Below are positions 31,293 through 46,431 of a stretch of DNA of 64,000 bases, one piece after another. Within the stretch, counting starts at the first letter, position 1. Every line of letters starts with the position of its first letter. The notes under the pieces are model-generated. The model made no database searches and was not told where the DNA came from. It saw nothing but the letters and a program-made list of their open reading frames with translations. The position numbers were made by a program, and so were the translations under genes. This DNA is from the human T2T-CHM13v2.0 reference genome, Homo sapiens: assembly GCF_009914755.1 (NCBI RefSeq), contig NC_060926.1; one strand, given 5' to 3'.

Positions 31293-34149
31293 TAAAAATG
31301 AAGTTGTGGGCTACCTCTTTTTTTTCTTTACTGTCTCTGCCTTGTCTAATAAAAATGACAGAGCATTTTGTTTCATGATTCTCTATCTCCTAAGTGTAGA
31401 GTTTCTCATATGCAGAGATCATTATAATTGAGACCATTTATGAACAAAGCATATTAAATGTTACCATGAAAATACTGCAAACCAATGGGTATCACTTTCC
31501 TTTAACACTTGAAAAAGCACATAATTCCATGATGTTAAAAAGAGAGACAAAAAGGAACGTTTTTAATAATATTTCAACCCTTTGGCTTTACTAGCAGTAT
31601 GACATAAGAGTTCTAATCCGAAAAACCTATGTTTTCACAAATTGAAATCGAGTAGTAAAAGCCTTTTGTCACATCCTCCAAGGGCTAAAATGTAAAGCAT
31701 ATGACATAGCCCTATATAAAAATGACCTTCAGTAAAAATAATAAATCAAATGCTCACTCTCCAAGCAGAACGTCACAAACTGAATACCAGGTAAAAGGAA
31801 AGCTGTACATGAAGGCGTTGTGCTTTCGTGGGAAAATGATTGCTCATGCAAGCAGAACCTATTGGAGGAGAGGTAGCCGCCTGGCCAGGCTGGAACTCAT
31901 AGTCTTTCAGGGGTTCAGCTGGAGGTGAAGACTATCTAAAGAATTCGCCACCAAGAACCATCATTTTCAGTCCTTTCTGATTAAGGACCAAAATAAAAGC
32001 TCAGTAGCTACTTCATTTTGATAATTTTTAGAAAGCCTCAAATAACAGCTAAGAACTTTCTATAAGGATGCCAGAGGAAAGGGGGAAAAATGGAAAATTA
32101 CAGTTCAAATTACATCCTTAAGAGAGCCAGTTAAGCCACTAATATACAAACAGATCTCAAGTCTGCTGTCTGACCCAGAAAACCACAGATGAGGAATTCA
32201 TTTTAGGACTAATTACACAAACATTAAATCACTCAATTTTTCACCCTTTATATTTAAAATTTTGGCATTTTCCTCCCTTTTTCTTTACACGAACTGAATG
32301 ACAGTCCCTAACCAAAAGACTTGACCTTGGAAATGAGAAATCATCTAGTATGGGCATGCAAGAGTGTCACTAAACTCTGTATAACCTCAGGCAAGTCATT
32401 GCACCTTTCTATTCTGCCATTTCCCCACCAGCAAAAAACAAACCGCACTTCCTACTACCTGTTGCGATGAAAAATGAAATACTCTAAGTAAGTCAAGCAC
32501 CTCAGAGGCTTTCAATGTGTTTTATGACATTCATAGAGTCAGTTTTGAGCATCTGAGAAATAATCTCTTCCATTTAATCTTCTATTCACAATATAGAAAA
32601 ATGTCCTATACGGTCTGTTAAAAATAATAAAGGCAAAAAGCTTGACCGTCTCAGGTCATGGAGAATTACTTTCTCTGAAAAGCCCAGTCTTCTGGATTAA
32701 TATCCAAAAGGACAGGGATTTTGTCTGTTTTGCTCTGTAACATATTCTCAGCACCTAGAACAATGCCATATCAAGGCATTCATTAAATATTAGATGAATG
32801 AATGAATAAAGGTTTAGCCTGAATAAACATGGAAATCTTTTTATTCTAGCTATTTTAGGTAGACATCTTAAAATGTATAGTAGCATTCTTCCTTACCATC
32901 TTGAGAAAATTATAAGGACATTTTGCAGATGACTAAGGGTCGCCATCATGCACATTCTGTATTTCAAGGATGCTCTCAGTGTCTTTTAAAATGCTAAAAT
33001 CACTCCAGAATCTTTAATGTAATTTTTCAGCTCCTTTATGCATTTATCATTTTTCCCATCCTCCTCCACCTTTCTAATAGGTTGTCATTTCTCCCTATTG
33101 TGAACAATTGGCTGTTGCTAATTTATTGTGCACGTAAAAGCCAATTAGCCATGTGTCTAAAGTAAGAGTACCTGCCTCTGAGGGCCTAAGGCCTTCTCCT
33201 AAGAGGAAAAAATATGATCCTTAGACTTTGCCACATCTATGTTTGGCTCCATTTTTTAATGTTTCTTGATTCTCCACCACGTTCTAGATAGGTAAAAGGC
33301 CAGATAGCCAAGTTCCAAATAAGTGTACCCAATCAATTCATGCTGAAATGACATGCTGTGGTACTAAGAGGCACTTGCTCCATGAGACAGGGTATCTGAA
33401 AACAATGGCTCCAGATAATGCTGGTTATCTAAGTAAGCAGCTGTTTCAATGCTAGAGTAGGGTTGTCCAAGACAAAGCACCAGGAGTGGAGGGAAGACTG
33501 TCTCTCCGTGCTGACTGTCCAAGGGAAGAAGCCATTCCAGAGGAGCTGGGGTCGGGGTAAGACACCAAGGCAGGAACTGAGAAAGTCACCAGAATCAGGG
33601 GCAAGGTAGAAATCACAACTTGGGAACAAAGCCAAAGCCCAGTCTCCCAACAAGGGACACAAAGGCAAGGCCAGACCTGACTTGACACAGAGTTTCAGGG
33701 TCAGGCTGGAGCTCCTTAAATCCTTGGATCCAGAATGGGATCTCCAGGAAGGAGCCAAATGTCTTAGATTGTGGCAAGGCTGAGGAACTCAGCACAGGTT
33801 TTACAATAGAAAAAGAAGGGCACAGCATGGCCAACTACCTCCTTCACCATGGCCCAAGGGCATCACAATGGGAAGGATAAGGTGAGGGATACCCCAGAAG
33901 CTGTGGAGCTGATCTATGAAGCCCTTCTATGCCCAGCTTCAGCACATGTGCCATGAAAATCTATCAGTCTTGTTAATAGCAAAGGTAGAAAGAGTGGTTC
34001 AGGAAGATAAATCTGGAGAAAGAAGCATCTGAGATGCACTGGGGCACGGGAAATAGGAGGCAAAGAGATGACAAGTTATCCAAGAACAATGTGATGAAGG
34101 CTCTGACAATTTCCAACTTTGGGTAAGAAAAGAGAGAAACTATCATTTT

Positions 34150-34370
34150 TTGTGACTTTCTGTGAACCAAGCACAATGCTGGCATTCTTCACATTCGTTA
34201 TCTCATTTATTCCTCACTTTAAGTCTGCAAGAGAAGTATACTGTTCCCATTTTATAGGTGAGGAAATTAAAATCCAGAGAGGAAAGGAATTGTAGTCACA
34301 TGGCGTGGATGACAGAGATGCGATTCACTCTGGAATGATCTGATTCCAAAAGCTGATTCCACTTGCACCA
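34150..34370 (-). mobile_element. MIR
   Basis: tctcatttattcctcac...cccattttataggtgaggaaa. Confidence 0.7.
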
Positions 34371-35529
34371 GCCGATACCCAGGTGACTTTTTTAAAATGG
34401 AAGAATGGGGTGAATGGGATAAGGAGGGGGTCTGTATGTCTGCATGCATCTGCTTTTCATGGGCTTAAGGAATCAGCCTGGACTGAGACCTTCCTCATAT
34501 GCCCTGCCTTCACTCCGCAGAACTGGGAATCCATCAGACTGGAGGCTTTCATCCCTAAGATGCCTCCCTAACACTGGGGAAAACATGTTTTAAAATGTTT
34601 TTTTAAATTGTAATGATCTAAAGCTACCTATCTAATCTGTGTGTTGATTGCTCAGCGTTCTTAAATCAGGATGTATCTCGTGGAACCTTAGATTACAGCT
34701 GGTTTGGGGAAAAATATGACTCAGATAAAATAAGAAATGCATACTCAAAAAAAGTCCAACATTTCCATGAAAAGCCATTAAGCTTTGGGGTGCTGGTAAT
34801 GTGTTTTTGTTTTTGTTTTTGTTTTTGATCTGGTTGCTACTCATAGAGTGTATTCATGAAGATATATACTTATTAAATGTGCTCTCTTCCACATGTATAG
34901 TATGCTTCAAAAAAGTTTTTTAACTGCCAGAGCAGAGTAACATTTTATCCCTGCCCTGTTCCAGTGTAAACTGGCCTTTTATAAATAAGCAATAAAGCAG
35001 GGAAAGTTTGAATATGGAGATAGGAGCAGTAAGGCTCCTCTCTCCTAATGGAGATCCACTAAGAGAAGCACTCTACTCATAACCAGAAGGCTGTTGCCTT
35101 GGAAACGGGAGCTGTAACTACTGCAATCACACCTCAGGAGCAAAGATGGCCAAGATCTATTTCAATTCTTAGATATCTCGAGGAACCGCAGATGACTGTA
35201 ACTATGGAAGATAGCCAATCTGTAGTAATGAAGAAGCGCATGCTGGAGTTAGAAAGGCTGCAATTGAGAAAGGAAAAGAGGGGGCAGGGGAAGAAGGAGA
35301 AGATAGAATTGAAGTATAACAAGGAAAGCCTAATCCAAGAACTGCAGAGCTGAGGGGCTCTTGGTGGCATTTCTTTAAGCCATGCCACCCTCTAGTTTAT
35401 TGCCCACCTACTACCTGCCAAACCATGCTAGGTACTGGGAGGACAAAGCCAGGAAAATACACACTCAAAGTGGCCCATGGGAGGTATAAGTACCCTGGGA
35501 CCAATTAACCTCAGTGTGCAAAATGGGTA

Positions 35530-36560
35530 CAGGAGGCTTCGGAGAGACAGTGGCATTTTTAAGCTGGAACTCAAAGAACATGTAGGAATTTCCCAGGCAG
35601 AGAAGACTGAGGAGAGACATCTCAGACAAAGGGAGGTGCAAAGGGCAGAGGCATGAAACAGCATGTTCTGTTTTTCAGCAGGGTGGCTACCTGCAATTCT
35701 GGATAGGACACTTCCATGTCTGGTAGATTGTCCCACACACTGCAGGACATTTGCTGTCTCAGACCCCACCCACTCATTGCTGGCAGCAACTCCCAGTCAT
35801 GACAACAGCTAAAGTAATGCCCCTCCCACATTTCCAAATGTCCTCAAGGATGGGGGGATGCTATTGTTCCCAGTTAAGAAGCCTGAGAACCTAGGGGAAC
35901 AGATGTGTGGCTGGAGCAGGGATTGGGGGACAGGGGTGGGAGGTGAGGATGAGAGTGCAGGTAAAGATCAGAGTTAAGGCCTTGCACATGCCACTCAGGA
36001 GTCAGACTCTGTGCCAGATGTGGAGGAGAGAGAACAGACTCTAAAGCAATTATGGAGGAGGTCAAACTTATAAGACTTGGCAACTCATGAGATCTGAGGA
36101 GGTGGGGAAGAAGAAAGAATGAAAGAATAAAGAATAATCCCCACAGTTTTCAGCTTGAACAACTGAGTAAACATTCATGGCACCAAGCAAAGTGACAAAT
36201 ATAGGAGTAAGAGCAGCTTTGGACGGGGATGGAAAGGTAAGGTGGAAAATGAGTCTGAAGCCCTTCAGGGACATCCAGGTGGAATTTCTAAGAAGTAATA
36301 AACAGCAGACTAAACGCAGAGGAGAGACATCTGGGTCAAAGGTAAAAGAAACCTTAGCATTTAATTGTAGGCAGTGTCTGAGCCATTTCCCAAGGGCCTC
36401 CAGTCTCACTAGGAAAGCCAGGGAAAGGGAGAGCTGGAGACGAGGAAGCTGTAGCACTGGAGCTGGGCATAACAAACAGGAGCCAATATGGCAGAAAGTG
36501 GGTACCGGCAGGCAGGAATGGAGGGAGCGGAGCCAGCTGGCAAGGTGCAGATGAGCAGAC
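35530..36560 (-). mobile_element. Degraded L2 body
   Basis: gtgcaaagggcagaggcatga...ggacatccaggtgga...catctgggtc, purine-rich antisense L2 pattern. Confidence 0.6.
35677..35886. mobile_element. MER20-like hAT-Charlie element inside the L2
   Basis: tgtcccacacactgcaggacattt...cccagtcatgacaac...ccaaatgtcc...cagttaagaa. Confidence 0.6.
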
Positions 36561-36703
36561 CAAGGAAGAGTGGCTGAAAGCTCATGGTACCCCACACTGG
36601 TGTCCACAACCAGCCTTTCTGTGGATCTTGGCACACATCACTACAGTGGCTTTAGAAAATAATCTTCCATCTCAACCCAGGTCATACACATATATACACA
36701 CAC

Positions 36704-36879
36704 CAGGGCTGGCTCCATGAGCAAGCAGACCGTGCAGCTGCCCAGGGACCTGTGCTGGGAAGAGCCGCATTCTTGGTTAAATGCTCTGCTACTGCCATCT
36801 TGAAATTCTTAAAGATTTTTTAACAAGGAGTCTTGCATTTTCATGTTGCACTAGATCCCACAAATTGAGGCTGGTCTGG
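36704..36879 (+). mobile_element. MER45A-like hAT element
   Basis: cagggctggctccatg...aatgctctgctactgccatcttgaaattcttaa...gcattttcatgttgcact. Confidence 0.8.
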
Positions 36880-36928
36880 ACACACAAAAACATAGCCTTA
36901 ACAAAAGTTTCATGAAACCATATCTATC

Positions 36929-37250
36929 TGCTATGGTCTGAATGTTTGTGTGCACCCTCAAAATCCATATGTTAAAACCGAATTCCCAATAATATTAAGA
37001 GGTGAGGCCTTTAGGATGGGATTAGTGCCCTTATAAAACAGGCCTGAGGGAGCTTGTTCCTTCTACCATGTGAGGACTGTGCAAGAAGGCACCATCTACA
37101 ATGCAGAGAGTGGGCCCTCAGCAGACACTGAATCTGCTGGTGCCATGATCTTGAACTTTCCAACTTACAGAACTGTGAGCAATAAATTTCTGTTGTTTAT
37201 AAATTACCCAGTCTAAGCTATTGTGCTATAGAATCCTTAACAGACTGACA
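36929..37250 (+). mobile_element. MLT1A/MST-type solo LTR
   Basis: tgctatggtctgaatgtttgtg...gaactgtgagcaataaatttctgttgtttataaattacccagtc. Confidence 0.85.
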
Positions 37251-37351
37251 TTATCTTACTAAATGTGATATAAAATTATATTCTCTGTTCTATTTTTTAA
37301 TGTAGCCATAGCCCATTAAATTCACAATCCACTAATGCATTGCAAATCAGG

Positions 37352-37650
<299 letters not shown>

Positions 37651-37658
37651 TAGAGGGC

Positions 37659-38330
37659 TGCTATTGCCTGAATGTTTGTCCCCAACAAAATTCATATGTT
37701 GAAATTATATCGCCAAAGTGATAGTATTAGAAGTTGGAGCCTTTGGGAGGGAATTAGAGATTACGACCCTTATAAAAGAAACTGCAGAGAGCTGGCTAGC
37801 TCCTTCCATCATGTGAGATCGAGATCACAACAAGAAGTCTGCAGCCTGCAACTAGAAGAGCACCCTTATCAGAACCTTACTAGGCTGGCACCCCGATCTG
37901 GGAATTCCTAGCCTCCTGAACTGGGAGAAATAAATTTCTATTGTTTTATTTGTTTGTTTGGTATTTTGTTTTTGTTTTTGTTTTTTGAGATGGAGTCTCA
38001 CTCTGTCACCCAGGCTGGAGTGCAGTGACACGATCTCAGCTCACTGCAACCTCCGCCTCCCGGGTTCAAGCAATTTCCTGCCTCAGCCTCCTAAGTAGCT
38101 GGGACTACAGGCACGTGCCACCACGCCCAGCTAATTTTTGTACTTTTAGTAGAGATAGGGTTTCACCATGTTGGTCAGGCTGGTCTTGAACTCCTGACCT
38201 TGTGATCCGCCCGCCTTGGCCTCCCAAAGTGCTGGGATTACAGGCGTGAGCCACTGCGCCTGGCCAATTTCTATCGTTTATAAGCCACCCAGTTGATATT
38301 TTGTTTTAGCAGCCCAAATGGACTAATACA
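37659..38330 (+). mobile_element. MLT1A-type solo LTR split by an Alu
   Basis: tgctattgcctgaatgtttgtcccc...gagaaataaatttctat[Alu]...agcagcccaaatggactaataca. Confidence 0.8.
37944..38265 (-). mobile_element. AluS (Sc/Sg-like)
   Basis: gaccttgtgatccgccc; TSD aatttctat. Confidence 0.94.
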
Positions 38331-38369
38331 ATGGGGTAAGCCAAGACTAAAAAGTTTGTTTTGTTTTGT

Positions 38370-38623
38370 TTGGAGAGTGGAGCCCTTAAAGTGGAATTGC
38401 TGCCATTATGAAATAGACCCAGAGAGCTCCCTCACCCCTTCCATCATGTGAGGACGCAGCAGGAAGACAGACATCTATGAACCAGGAATTGGACCCTCAC
38501 CAGACACCAAATCTGGTCAGCGCCTTGACAGCAGCCTCCAGAACTGTGAGAAATAAATTCCTGTTGTTTATGGGCCACCCAGTCCACGGTATTCTGTTGG
38601 AAGCACCAAAGCAGACTAAGACA
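38370..38623 (+). mobile_element. MLT1A-type LTR, 3' part
   Basis: catgtgaggacgcagc...ccagaactgtgagaaataaattcctgttgttt...gactaagaca. Confidence 0.8.
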
Positions 38624-39690
38624 CCCTCCTCCCACACAAAAAATAAACTAACTTTAATTTGGGTTATAAATAACTATATATTAAGTTGACTTATAAATGA
38701 TTAGTTGACATCAAGTTAGGTCTTATAGGTATTTGATTGATTAAATACACATTAACTTAGATTTTGCTATTTTCTTTCAGTATTCAAAGAAGCCAATACA
38801 AACTTTTTTTTCTAATTTCAGACATATTTTGGGGCCATTGAAAAGCTCAAAGGCCCGAGGCCCAAGGTTCCTAATTCCTCAGTATTCACCAGGCCTGCAT
38901 CCTCTGGGACTGAAGGAAAGAAGTCGCAGAGTGAAAGAGACTGAAGAAAGATGAGGAGAAATTTGTCAGGACATTTAAGAAGCCATGGATTCTGATAGAC
39001 AACAAGCTCCTACAAACTGGTCGGAAGAGGATAGTTAACCCGATTTTTTTAACATCAAATTAAATGAATAAGCAATTCAAAGAAAAGAAAGATGCAAAAG
39101 GTCAATGAGCATATTAAAAAGGTGTCTGGGAAATATCCATTTTCACATAGCAGATTGGCAAAAACAGTCATTCCCATTTGATGTGCTAAAAAGCCAAAAT
39201 TATTCTAACACACAGTCGCCAAAATGCTTTGCCTTTGATTAAAGATAGCACTTCCCAGTGGGGGATCTAGAAATGGTTTGAACCCTTTTTCAATAGGCCA
39301 CTGAGAGCCTAAGCTGAAGCTGCCCAGGAAAAAGAGAGGAAGAGGGCGCAGGGCCTAGGAGCCAGGCCAGCACCTGCGGCCTGGGCTTCCTGGAGTACAT
39401 ATCAGATTCCCGAGGCAGCTGCCAGCTGGCTGGTTCACCCACAAACACCAGTTGGCTGGAGCCTGGGAAGTGATACCTTGAAGGCCTAAGGCCCTAAATC
39501 AAATGTCCTTGTCTATGCTAGGAACAACCTATAAGGAAAATCTTATCACAAAACAAGCAGCTCTCAGGCATGTCAAGGATTTTAAAAATTAATTCCTTAA
39601 GCTGATCCAGTGATAAAAGCTGTGAATAAAAGGATTCAGATGTTTCCACCTCATCATGCTAATCTACCTGTAAGCTAGTCAACCAACCAC

Positions 39691-39773
39691 AAAAAAAAAA
39701 AAAATATATATATATATATATATATCTATATATATATATATAGATATATATAGATATATATAGATATATATAT
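39691..39773. repeat. Poly-A followed by interrupted (TA)n microsatellite
   Basis: a-run then tatatata...tatatagatatatatagatatata. Confidence 0.95.
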
Positions 39774-39899
39774 GAATCAGACAGGCTTTTGAGCAGCTCA
39801 GTTGCCCCACTGCAGCATGGAGTATGTCACTTCACACCAACCAACCAAATGACTGAATGAATGAATGAGAACTGTCAAGTCCATGTGGACATCACTAAG

Positions 39900-40090
39900 G
39901 GGACCTGGCACTTAGAAGTCATGTTCCTGTTCTCACTGAGACACTAACTAGTTAGGTAATTAAATCAGGGAAGTTAGTGAAAATTCTCTCAGCCTCAGTT
40001 TCCTCATCTATAAAATGGGAATGATAACTATACCCACCTCTTAGGGTTGCTCTGAGGCACAGTGAGGGTCTCTATGAAAGCCTATGGCAG
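39900..40090 (+). mobile_element. MIR
   Basis: agcctcagtttcctcatctataaaatgggaatgataa. Confidence 0.85.
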
Positions 40091-40109
40091 ACTGAAATGA
40101 CCTCTCTTC

Positions 40110-40466
40110 AGATAAAGGCTTGCTGCCCAGCTGTGCAGAGTGTGGTCAGCACATGGCCTCCAGCTGCCAGCTCCTTCAGGGTCTGCCCCTGCTGCAGAGA
40201 GCCACCTCACCTGAGATCACACCATTCCCGTGACAACCTGCCTGTAACTGAGAGGTAAGGATATAAAGGCCCACGATGGCCTAAAGCAGGACACGGTGAC
40301 TGCACTCACTCACTCCAGGGCTTCCTGCCAGGTGTGCTGAGGCCTTTTCAACTTTTCCCTCGGCCCAGTCCTGCGTCCTTCCCTTCCTACATGTTGGTCC
40401 CTAACGAGCATCTCACACCCCAGATTCCATCTTAGCATCTTCTTCTAGAGAACCCAACCTGCACCA
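40110..40466 (+). mobile_element. LTR16-like (ERVL) LTR remnant
   Basis: cagctccttcagggtctgcc...gatataaaggcc...gcccagtcctg...tctagagaacccaacctg. Confidence 0.6.
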
Positions 40467-40556
40467 AAGCCCTTTTTCAGTTTTAAGTACTTTAGGGTTT
40501 CTTTAATGGGACAAAGAACAGAGGCCAATTCTGGTTTAGAAAAAAAATCACACTCA

Positions 40557-40855
40557 GTCTGGCATGGTGGCTTACACCTTGTAATCCTAGCACTTTGGGA
40601 GGCCAAGGTGTGAGGATTGCTTAAGGCCAGGAGTTCAGGATCAGCCTGGGCAACATAGAGAAACCCCATCTCTATGAAAAAAAAACAAAAACAAAAATTA
40701 GCCAGGTGTGGTGGCATGCACCTGTAGTCCCAGCTACTTGGGAGGCTGTGGTAGGAGGACTGCTTGAATCTGACATTTTGAATTTTGAGGCTACAGTGAG
40801 CTGTGATTGTACCATGACACTCCAGCCTGGGTGACAGACTGGGACTTTGTCTCTT
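40557..40855 (+). mobile_element. AluJ; its A-tail is displaced to 41175-41195 by the next Alu
   Basis: cagcctgggcaacatag, gagctgtgattgtacca. Confidence 0.92.
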
Positions 40856-41268
<413 letters not shown>

Positions 41269-41393
41269 TAATTCATTTACTTATTTAACAAATATGTACA
41301 GAGCACCATGTTGGGGGGGTGGGCAACCTGCTGGGACCACAAGGGCTCTGTACTGATGATCATTTAGGGCTATTGCACTTTCTATGTCCACAG

Positions 41394-42535
<1,142 letters not shown>

Positions 42536-42660
42536 CCTTATAGAACTGATTCTAAAACTGGGGTCTGAGGCCCACCCACAGCACAAATACCTGTGGCATT
42601 CATAAAAAATCCAGGTGCCTAGGCTCCAGCCTGTCTCATAAGGATGCTCTCTGGGGCTAG

Positions 42661-42933
<273 letters not shown>

Positions 42934-44087
42934 GGAATCTATTTTTCAAAGCTCCTCAAGTGATATTGATCCTCTTCTCGGTTTGGTACCCACAAGTATA
43001 GAGGACACGGAGTGCACCAAGCCCTTCCCTAGCCTAGAGGTGCTCAGAGTCTCAAAGGGAAGGTAAAATTTTAACCATCATGTCAGGCACATAACTGTTA
43101 AGTGCTAGAAAGAAATACCAGTGAAGTGCTATGGGAATTCAAGAAAGGAACAGCTGGGCTGGAGGAGGTGTCTTGCAAAGGGTGCATTCCAGTGAGGATC
43201 TGGAAGACAGGGAGTAAGAGCCTCATCTCTGGAGACCGTGACTGCAGAGGCCTTTACATACATTATCTCCATCCAAATTCAAAGCTACTGTCTGGGATAA
43301 ATACCACTCCTATCCAGTCTTTCAGAATAATGAGGCCTAAAGAAGCAGAATAATTTCACTCAAGGTTTTAAACTTAGGCCCTGCAGTCCCAGATGATAGA
43401 GCTTAACCACGCAGCTAATACTCAAGCCTTGACCAGAGGGAAACAGGTAGGGGTGGTATGGAAGAGGTCCCAAGGAGTTTCAAGACATAGAATTTCTATC
43501 CAAAGCTTCACTTCCATCTTGCTATTAGCGCTGTCACCAGCATTCAGGAGGACAAGAGGAAATTATCATAATTAGAAGGGACTCTGAGCATGTATCATTC
43601 ACATATGGCTGGAAAGACTCAAGGATGAGAATAGGCAGTTAGGAGTCACTGACGCTAATGAGCCACAAATCATAGAAAAGTAACTTAATTGAGACAACAG
43701 CAAAATGAGAGGAGGCTCAGAATTAGGAGCTCTCACACTGCTTCGACAGTTCTAGTAACAGCATAAAGCAGTTTCTGCTTAATCAATTCCCACCTAATCA
43801 GAGAGCCATCTTAACGCAGCATCTCCCAAGGCAGCAAATTAGCTAATAGTGAGTGACTGCAGCAATCAGGACAGTATCAGTGGGGACGGGAGGGATGGAA
43901 ATATGCTAGGAAGAAAGGCAATTGGCTGGTGCTAAGGGGTTAAGGGGTGTTTAACTGGCTGTTAAATTGCAAAGTGCTAAGCTTCTGTGTTCTAATGCAG
44001 AAAGAGTTAACAATGAATAGAAATAAAGATGAAATCCATCTTTTTTTCTGTTTTTTTATTCTGCATCCTAAATGTGCATCCAGGTAG

Positions 44088-44531
<444 letters not shown>

Positions 44532-45039
44532 TAGGTCGCCAGCAAGCAAGTGCCTCAAATCTCTGAGGCAGAGACTTTTCGCTTTGGAAACATTTGGAGC
44601 AGAAACAGGCGGTGTGGTCTGGAGCAAACATGCAAGAGAAGAAAATACCAAGAAGTCAGAGAAGAATCCCTCCACGTGGAATTCTCATTTGCATTTTGTG
44701 CAGTCAGCAGTTCTCCAGTTTTTCCACATCCTTTCAAAGGTTGGGCTCTCATGTGTTGTGAGAAGGTCAGACTAAGCGGGTTTTTCTTATGGTTTCAGGC
44801 TGGATAATATTTCATAACCACATGATTGCAGGGCTAAGCTTAGCAGTGCTGTATTTAAGAGTGGATCGCATATCCATCATTCAGTCCACGTTTCAAAGAC
44901 TGATAAAATATTGCCCCTGAAGATTTAAGAGATGCTGGTGATAGAACATTTCCCTCTCCTAACTAATAAAACTGTGAGGGTCAGTTCCTAATACAATACC
45001 AGGGAGCCTACCTGTATACAATAAAACGTCATTTGTCCT

Positions 45040-45700
45040 TGGAAGATGGCCTGAGAAACAGCATCACGCAGTCCAGGCAGTAAACAAGCCATTGAGTCTC
45101 TATATACATCATGGTTAGATTATTCATCCTAAAACACCACTTGGCACACATCACAACCTCTGATCAAAAGTCGTCATGGCTCCCCACGGTCACAAGATAA
45201 ACCCCAAACTCCTTAGCGGGTTTTCACAAACTGGAACTCCACAAACTGGCACTGTCCATTCTCTCCCATCCAATCTCCCACTGTTGCCCATACACACCCT
45301 CTGCTCCAGCCAAGCTGCTCGCTTCACTGTTCCTGGAAGCCCTTTGCAAGGCTTCCTTTTTCTCTCTTCCCTTGCTGACCTCTGCTCCCAAATGCACCCT
45401 TCCTCCTTCTTCCTAGTTTGTCCTACTACGAGACATTTAAAAACCAACTCAAATCCCATGTCCTCCATAAAGCCACCTTTCAGAAAGCTTCCTGCCTGGA
45501 TGTGCTCACTCTCCTGCACTCCAATGAGAGCCATCAGCTGGCACCCTAAACACAGACTGCCCTGCATTGGGATTGATTTATTTCCATGCTTCCCACCCCA
45601 CCCAGTTGGACCATAAAGTTCCTGGGTACAGTGTCTTGTCCTGGCTTCCCAGAATCTCACCTCTTCGCCTCACAGCAGATGCTCTGCAAAGCTTTGTTGT
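45040..45700 (+). mobile_element. Degraded L2
   Basis: ataaaccccaaactccttagc...ctctgctccagcca...aactcaaatcccatgtcctcc. Confidence 0.65.
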
Positions 45701-46228
45701 CATCATTTTTGAGCCACCACTACTATAAGAATTTCGTCCTCCCTAGTATTAATGGTTTATGAGACACTTCTGCCTTTAAACCACCTTATCTCTCTCTTTC
45801 TGTCCAATCTCTCTTTGAGCTCGGCGTGTGACAGGACTGCCAGTTCATTCTGTCCCTACTGCTGTCACATACACCTAAGAGTGTTTAACAGAAAAATCCT
45901 AAGAGGTGATTGCAAGGTCGGAAAATCACCTTAAGTCCCCCAGGGCCATGTGCAGTCTACAGACAGGAAATAGGCAACAGGAGAATGAAATTAGCATAAA
46001 GAAAAAAGGGGCTATGGCTCCTCTCCACCCAAGTCAGCAACACCTACCAGAAACAACAAAGAAAGCATCTGGATAAAGCATTGGCAAGCATTGCTGAGGT
46101 CGGGAAACTGCTCGTAACAAAAGCACAAAGGGTTTGCAAAAGGCAGCTCCCCTTCCCTTCCCAAATTACCAAAAGCTCAACAAGAAAACGAGCAGAGTTT
46201 TTGCCTAAAAACATCTGTTTTCAGTTAC

Positions 46229-46431
46229 CTGTGCCTGAACCACAAACTTAACAGAGAAACACAGAGATCCCAAGCTGACTCCGTGGTCTAAGATCTGTCA
46301 GGACAAATTATGTGGAGATGGAGGAGCCAAGTGTGGGATGCTTGAGCAACCGCTGTACAATAGCCACGGTCTTGATAAGCCTCGCGGATGAGATTTTGGC
46401 GGACTAGGGATTGTACTACTGAACTTGATTG
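46229..46431 (-). other. Candidate 203-nt non-coding or poison exon
   Basis: Minus strand: TTTTACATTTTCAG|CAATC ... CACAG|GTAACT; 6 CpGs; stops in all three frames. Confidence 0.35.

Noticed and set aside
36068-36634. 188-aa minus ORF and overlapping ORFs
   Set aside because: Lies in degraded L2, non-ATG start, no recognisable domain
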